64,000 nucleotides of DNA from Candidatus Latescibacterota bacterium (lineage in GTDB: Bacteria; Latescibacterota; UBA2968; UBA8231). Under the pieces are notes generated by a model that saw nothing but the letters and a program-made list of their open reading frames with translations, was not told the DNA's origin and ran no database searches. Shown here in pieces: positions 58,928 through 64,000 of the stretch. Position 1 is the stretch's first letter. Every line of letters starts with the position of its first letter. The stretch covers positions 1,056,001 to 1,120,000 of the forward strand of contig CBDAOB010000004.1 in NCBI GenBank assembly GCA_965197905.1. Direction: 5' to 3'. Made by a program: the position numbers and the translations under genes.

Positions 58928-60634
58928 ATGGCGTTAGGTGTTGCAAAACTGGAAAAGGCGTATCGCCGAAACCCACAGGCGCCTCTCTTTGCTCACCTGG
59001 CCGAGATCTACCTGAAAAAGGGGGATGTCCCCCGTGCGTTGACACTCTGCTTGTCCGGCTGCAAGCTATTTCCGGATTACCCAACTGGTCATTTGATTCT
59101 GAGTCGTTGCTACGAAGTCCAGGGGGATCTGGAAGATGCCCGAAAAGCGCTGCTCCGCGGGCTCCTTCTCGATCCGGTGAACCCGTGCGGATTCGGACGC
59201 TTGGCGCGTTTATGCCACCAGCTTGGCGATCTGCCAATGGCACTGAAAAGCATGCAGAAAGCCGCCAACCTGGATGCTTTCAGCGAGACGGCGCAGGAGG
59301 AAGTTGAGACGCTTGAGGAAGAGTTGCGTAACCACGGCGACGACAACGGTAGCGTCGTCGAGACCGTCGAAGAGAAAACGGTAGCAGTTCCGTCGGAGCC
59401 GGTATCGAACCCAGATCAAGATTCCGATTTGGGTTCGACAAACGAAGCGGTTGAGATGGAGACACCCTCCCCCGTAGAGGAGGAGGCAAGCCAGGTTTCG
59501 CAGCCGGAACACCACTCCCAGGACGATGACTCGACGCAGGACGAGCCGTTCGCGCGTATTTACCCCGAGCCTGATCGAGAAGCCCCATCCAGCCAAGCGG
59601 ACGATGACCCGGCCAATTCGATGAAATCCGCCGACGAGATTCAAGACGAAATCGACGCATTCTTCGACACGATGGGCGATGGAATTGCAGCACCTCCGGA
59701 AACCGCCGCGCCGGATGCTGCTGACACCTCGGTGGGTCGCCAAAATCTGGATGTCGCCGGCACTGACGAAGAAGCGCCAACGAGCGTGGAAGCAGGCGCT
59801 CAAGAATCGCCTACCGATCTGGTTTCTTTATCGGCGGAGCCAACAGATATCTCTTCTCCGGATCCGGCAAGTTTGGAAGGTTCGGAAACCCTGGCAACTC
59901 TTATGGCCCCCACGGGCGCTGGAGACGGGGAACCTCCGGAGACGACGCCCCATGCTGACGCAGAATCGCCTGCCGACCTTTCACCATCCACCAATGATGA
60001 CCTTGGGAACGATCTTCTAATTCTGTCGGCGCCATCCGATGAAAACGTCGTAGAGCCCGCTCCAGATGAGGAGCAGATCCTCGAGGGTGGGGGAGCGGAT
60101 CAACCCTCGGCCGTGGAAGAACGGGATCAGATGGTGGACAGTTTCATCACCCTCAGCGATGCTTCATCGAGCGAGCCCCTCCCCTTGAGCGCGGAAGCGG
60201 AAGCGATTGATTTGCCGGCAGACCCCATGCTGTTTATTGATAGCAACTCAACCCGGCCTCCCGAAAGCCGCGTAGCCGACCTCGACGGCACCGCTCCCGC
60301 ACCGGAAAGCCCACCGGATGAAAACGAGGATCTCGGTCTCGAAGGAGAAGATTCCGAGGATGGTGAGATCGCCAGCTTGGCGCCGGGCGAAGATCGCGAG
60401 CTCACCCGCCTTTTTCAGGAGATAGATGATCACGGGTCAGAACAGTCGTGCAGTGACGAGGAGACCTCTGGCGAACCGGCGCAAAACGAGGGCAGTATTG
60501 CCACCGCGACCCTTGCCGGGATCTACCTGCAGCAAGGGCTAGTCGGGCAAGCACTCCAAATATACAAACGCCTTCTCGAAGAGGAACCGGAGAACGCTGA
60601 AATCAGGCGCAAGATTCAAGAACTGAACGGATAG
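58928..60634 (+). CDS. TPR protein with long acidic disordered linker
   Basis: N-terminal TPRs, D/E/P/S-rich middle, C-terminal ATATLAGIYLQQG TPR. Confidence 0.8.
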   Translation: MALGVAKLEKAYRRNPQAPLFAHLAEIYLKKGDVPRALTLCLSGCKLFPDYPTGHLILSRCYEVQGDLEDARKALLRGLLLDPVNPCGFGRLARLCHQLGDLPMALKSMQKAANLDAFSETAQEEVETLEEELRNHGDDNGSVVETVEEKTVAVPSEPVSNPDQDSDLGSTNEAVEMETPSPVEEEASQVSQPEHHSQDDDSTQDEPFARIYPEPDREAPSSQADDDPANSMKSADEIQDEIDAFFDTMGDGIAAPPETAAPDAADTSVGRQNLDVAGTDEEAPTSVEAGAQESPTDLVSLSAEPTDISSPDPASLEGSETLATLMAPTGAGDGEPPETTPHADAESPADLSPSTNDDLGNDLLILSAPSDENVVEPAPDEEQILEGGGADQPSAVEERDQMVDSFITLSDASSSEPLPLSAEAEAIDLPADPMLFIDSNSTRPPESRVADLDGTAPAPESPPDENEDLGLEGEDSEDGEIASLAPGEDRELTRLFQEIDDHGSEQSCSDEETSGEPAQNEGSIATATLAGIYLQQGLVGQALQIYKRLLEEEPENAEIRRKIQELNG

Positions 60635-60655
60635 CTACGGAAATATCAGATTACG

Positions 60656-61213
60656 ATGGCCGACACGACGGATTTTAGAAACGGTTACACCCTAAAAATA
60701 GACGGCTCTCTGTTCTCGATCGTCGAGTTCCAGCACGTCAAACCCGGAAAAGGGGTGGCGTTCGTACGCACGAAGCTGAAGAATCTACGATCCGGCTCCG
60801 TCATCGAACGGACCTTTCGCTCTGGTGACAAGGTGGACGGGGTGCGCGTGGAGAAACGGGAAATGCAGTACCTGTACGCCGAAGGCGACCTGTTCCATTT
60901 CATGGACAACGAGTCGTACGAACAACTGGCGGTGGAACGGGGACTGATCGGCACCACCGCAGAGTTGCTCAAGGAAAGCGATCATGCCTTCGTCCTGATG
61001 GCTGAAAACAAGCCGATTGGCGTGGAACTCCCCAACTTTGTTCAGTTGGAGGTGGTTCACACGGAACCGGGCGTCAAGGGTGATACGGCCACAGGGGCGG
61101 TAAAACCGGCTACTCTGGAGACCGGGGCCATCGTCAACGTTCCCTTGTTCGTCAACCAGGGCGACGTTCTTAAAGTCGATACCCGATCCGGCGAATACGT
61201 CGAGCGCAGTTGA
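60656..61213 (+). CDS. efp: Elongation factor P
   Basis: HVKPGKG, PGVKGDT, KPATLETG and DTRSGEYVER. Confidence 0.98.
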   Translation: MADTTDFRNGYTLKIDGSLFSIVEFQHVKPGKGVAFVRTKLKNLRSGSVIERTFRSGDKVDGVRVEKREMQYLYAEGDLFHFMDNESYEQLAVERGLIGTTAELLKESDHAFVLMAENKPIGVELPNFVQLEVVHTEPGVKGDTATGAVKPATLETGAIVNVPLFVNQGDVLKVDTRSGEYVERS

Positions 61214-61232
61214 TGTTCTAGCGGAGGAGCAG

Positions 61233-61625
61233 ATGAGCGATACGAACATCCCAGAGGATCTCTCCTACACTGAGGAACACGAATGGGTCTCTCAGGATAG
61301 TGAGATCTGCACCATCGGGATCACCGACTATGCCCAGTCCGAGCTTGGAGACATCGTTTTCGTCGAATTGCCGGAGGTAGGAGAATCGGTGAAGCAGGGC
61401 CAACCGTTCGGGACCATAGAAGCGGTCAAAACCGTTTCCGACCTCTTCGCCCCGGTTTCCGGGGAAGTGGTAGAGATCAATCAAAGCCTGGAAGAAACTG
61501 CCGAACAGATCAACAACGATCCGTATGGCGACGGGTGGATCATAAAGTTACGCATGGAAGACCAACGCAACCTGGCTCAGTTGCTGAGTCCCAAGGACTA
61601 CGCCGACGTGCTTTCAAACGTCTGA
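61233..61625 (+). CDS. gcvH: Glycine cleavage system H protein
   Basis: HEW, GITDYAQ, EAVKT lipoyl-Lys and PYGDGW. Confidence 0.96.
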   Translation: MSDTNIPEDLSYTEEHEWVSQDSEICTIGITDYAQSELGDIVFVELPEVGESVKQGQPFGTIEAVKTVSDLFAPVSGEVVEINQSLEETAEQINNDPYGDGWIIKLRMEDQRNLAQLLSPKDYADVLSNV

Positions 61626-61789
61626 ATCGACGCCCCTCGCACCCATAACCACTTTTCCGTTTCACCCTCCTTTTCCCTCTGCACAACGCCGTTTCAGCCT
61701 CTCTGACGCGCCTTGCTTTCCGACATTAAGTACTCTAATATATTTGATTTATACCATGATCAAACCACCGCAACCAGCCCGAATTTCCG

Positions 61790-62296
61790 ATGCTTCTGAG
61801 TAAGAGCGTACTGGTTTTAAACCAGAATTATGAGCCGATGAATGTCTGCAGTGCCCGGCGCGCGCTGGTCTTGATTTTGCGCGGCAAGGCACATGCTGTG
61901 GAAGTGGCCGAGGAGGTCATCCACACGGTCGCCCAGAACTTCCCGGTCCCCAGCGTCGTGCGCCTCGAGCGTTATATCCACGCGCCGCGAAGAAGGGTAG
62001 TGCTGTCCAAAAGGAACATCCTGAGACGGGACAACTACCAATGCCAGTACTGCGGAACGCGAGAGAACAAGTTGACCATCGACCACGTTCTGCCGCGGAA
62101 ATCTGGTGGCCAGGCCAGCTGGGAAAACCTGGTTGCCGCCTGCGCCACGTGCAACAACAAGAAGGGTGAACGACGTCCCGATCAGGTAGGCATGATTCTC
62201 GGCCGCAAACCGAAACGCCCCAACAACGTGAGTTTTATTCGAAACTTCATCGGCATTCACGACCAGCGGTGGAAGCCGTACCTCTTCATCGACTGA
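61790..62296 (+). CDS. HNH endonuclease (McrA-like conserved family)
   Basis: VLVLNQNYEP, RD.YQCQYCG, TIDHVLP and WENLVAAC..CNNKK. Confidence 0.92.
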   Translation: MLLSKSVLVLNQNYEPMNVCSARRALVLILRGKAHAVEVAEEVIHTVAQNFPVPSVVRLERYIHAPRRRVVLSKRNILRRDNYQCQYCGTRENKLTIDHVLPRKSGGQASWENLVAACATCNNKKGERRPDQVGMILGRKPKRPNNVSFIRNFIGIHDQRWKPYLFID

Positions 62297-62298
62297 CT

Positions 62299-63051
62299 AT
62301 GACCGACGCTGCTACGCTCGAAGAGCGAGATCCATACGAGGTTAGACTCGAGGTGTTCGAGGGGCCCCTCGATCTCCTGCTGTATCTGATTCGCAAAGAC
62401 GAGCTGGATGTATACGATATTCCCATCGCCCACATAACCTCCCAATACCTCGGTTTCCTGGGGCAGATTCCCCAGCTGGATCTGGAGCAGGCGGGCGACT
62501 TCATCCTCATGGCGGCGACCCTCATGAAGCTCAAGTCCCAGCTGTTGCTGCCACGGGACGAAATTGCGGGCGAGGAGGGGGAAGAGGACCCTCGGGAGGA
62601 ACTGGTGCGCCGCCTGCTGGAATATCAACAGTTCAAAGAGATTGCAGAATGGCTCTATGACCAACGTTCCACTCAACGGGATATCTTCCTGCGCCGCCAA
62701 ACGTCCGAAGAGATAGACCAGGATCTTCAGCCGGTCTCACTGTTCGATCTGCTGTCGGTCTACAAACACGTTCTGGACACCGTGCCTGCCTCTCTTGTGC
62801 ATCGCATCATCGAGGAGGAAATTACCATCGAGGCCTGCGTCGATCGTGTCCTGGGCGTGCTGGCGCAGCGATCAAGGGTGAGCTTTTTCGAGCTGGTGCA
62901 GGGAGGAGGACGCGATACCTTGATAGCAACCTTCATCAGCATATTGGAGTTACTGAAGGGACAGCGCATTCACGTGCAACAGGCCCAGCCATTCGATGAG
63001 ATCTGGATCGAACGACGGGAGACGGAGCCGCAGGTTCACGAGGCGATTTGA
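62299..63051 (+). CDS. scpA: Segregation/condensation protein A
   Basis: FEGPLDLLL, LVRRLLEY and TFISILEL. Confidence 0.95.
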   Translation: MTDAATLEERDPYEVRLEVFEGPLDLLLYLIRKDELDVYDIPIAHITSQYLGFLGQIPQLDLEQAGDFILMAATLMKLKSQLLLPRDEIAGEEGEEDPREELVRRLLEYQQFKEIAEWLYDQRSTQRDIFLRRQTSEEIDQDLQPVSLFDLLSVYKHVLDTVPASLVHRIIEEEITIEACVDRVLGVLAQRSRVSFFELVQGGGRDTLIATFISILELLKGQRIHVQQAQPFDEIWIERRETEPQVHEAI

Positions 63052-63689
63052 CGGAACCGGCAGAAGAGACGCCCGATATACGCGGCATTATCGAAGCTGT
63101 TTTGATGACGGCGGATTCTCCGGTGAGTCCGGGTCGGTTTGCGGATCTGCTGTCTGATGCTAATGGGCGAGACATTCGCGATGCCATCGACGAGCTCAAG
63201 GCACAGTACGACGAAGCAGGTCATGCCTTTACTATCGTGGAGCTGGCCGGAGGTTTTCAGCTGGCAACTCGACGGCATTTCGCGCCGTGGATACGGAAAT
63301 TTCACCAAACCCGCACGTCGGTCCGACTTTCCCAGGCCGCGCTCGAAACCCTAGCCATCGTCGCGTTCAAGCAGCCGTTGACGCGCATCGAGGTGGACAA
63401 CATTCGCGGGGTGGGTTGCGGTGGGGTGCTTCACACCCTGATGGAGCACAATCTGGTGCGTATAGTCGGTCGCTCTGACGGCATCGGAAAACCGATGTTG
63501 TTCGGTACGACCCGCGATTTCTTGTCGGTCTTCGGTCTGAAGAGTCTCGCCGATCTACCCAAACCGAAGGAGCTCGAGGAGCTGATGGCGGAAGCAAGTG
63601 GTGTCAGGGGGGTCGAGCACGATCCGCAGGATTCATCCGTTGACGGCGAAGCGGTAGGCGCGCCGGATGGACGCGAGTCCGTCGGTTAA
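63048..63689 (+). CDS. scpB: Segregation/condensation protein B
   Basis: LSQAALETLAIVAFKQP, IRGV and FGLKSL.DLP. Confidence 0.96.
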   Translation: MTEPAEETPDIRGIIEAVLMTADSPVSPGRFADLLSDANGRDIRDAIDELKAQYDEAGHAFTIVELAGGFQLATRRHFAPWIRKFHQTRTSVRLSQAALETLAIVAFKQPLTRIEVDNIRGVGCGGVLHTLMEHNLVRIVGRSDGIGKPMLFGTTRDFLSVFGLKSLADLPKPKELEELMAEASGVRGVEHDPQDSSVDGEAVGAPDGRESVG

Positions 63690-63709
63690 CGGACCCGCGG
63701 CAAACGACT

Positions 63710-64000
63710 ATGCGACTGAATCGGTATCTCGCCCGCTCCGGGGTTGCTTCCCGCCGGCACTGCGACGATCTGATTCGGTCCGGCTCGGTTTCGATCAACG
63801 GAGCGCTCGTTTGTGAACCCGGCCGCCGAGTGGATGTGGGAAGCGATCATGTGGAGTGCCATGGAAAACCGGTTGAACTGCCGGGCGACCTGGAATACAT
63901 CGCACTCAACAAGCCGGTATCCTACCTGGTCACCAGGCGGGACACCCGCGCGCGTCGCACCGTGTATGAGCTGGTTGAGGGGCGGCATCCAGGTACCATA
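63710..64000 (+). CDS. rluB: Pseudouridine synthase RluB-like (3' truncated by window edge)
   Basis: My translation (not in the ORF track): MRLNRYLARSGVASRR...YIALNKP, an S4 domain. Follows scpB. Confidence 0.88.
   Translation, partial: MRLNRYLARSGVASRRHCDDLIRSGSVSINGALVCEPGRRVDVGSDHVECHGKPVELPGDLEYIALNKPVSYLVTRRDTRARRTVYELVEGRHPGTI

Noticed and set aside
61790..62296. HNH nuclease as a mobile or defence element
   Set aside because: It resembles the widespread stand-alone HNH family in a housekeeping context; no methylase, repeats or intron nearby.
1..64000. CRISPR array, rRNA, IS elements
   Set aside because: No regularly spaced repeats, rRNA-like tracts or transposase ORFs were seen.

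Overview
A gene-dense, GC-rich bacterial chromosomal segment from a diderm organism. Lipoproteins, TonB/ExbBD, Omp85 proteins and a cohesin/dockerin-like protein with an FlgD/T9SS-like tail suggest the FCB superphylum (Latescibacterota-like); this taxonomy is inference only. Most genes are housekeeping: pheA, topA-xerC-hslVU, map, nrdJ/nrdR, accD, surE, rpmI-rplT-pheST-zapB/A-rny-ymdB-xseAB-recN-pgsA-like, tRNA-Lys, efp, gcvH, scpAB and rluB. The strongest candidate for an undescribed system is a tightly packed three-gene membrane operon at 16.7-25.0 kb. It encodes a 1483-aa fusion of a catalytically degenerate M28-peptidase-like domain to a MacB/FtsX permease, followed by two distantly related OPT-like multi-pass membrane proteins. 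No ABC ATPase is present in the window. The operon is flanked by a divergent ECF sigma/anti-sigma pair and a TPR-exbB-exbD-exbD-tonB operon. Other oddities are a XerC and an RNase Y with substituted catalytic-motif residues, a degenerate pilin-like gene, a protease/beta-propeller/Omp85 fusion, a POTRA-less Omp85, a frameshifted GT-C/TPR gene in an island-like region at the 3' end of tRNA-Lys, and NrdR boxes at nrdJ and possibly topA. All family assignments come from recognising motifs by eye; no searches were run.
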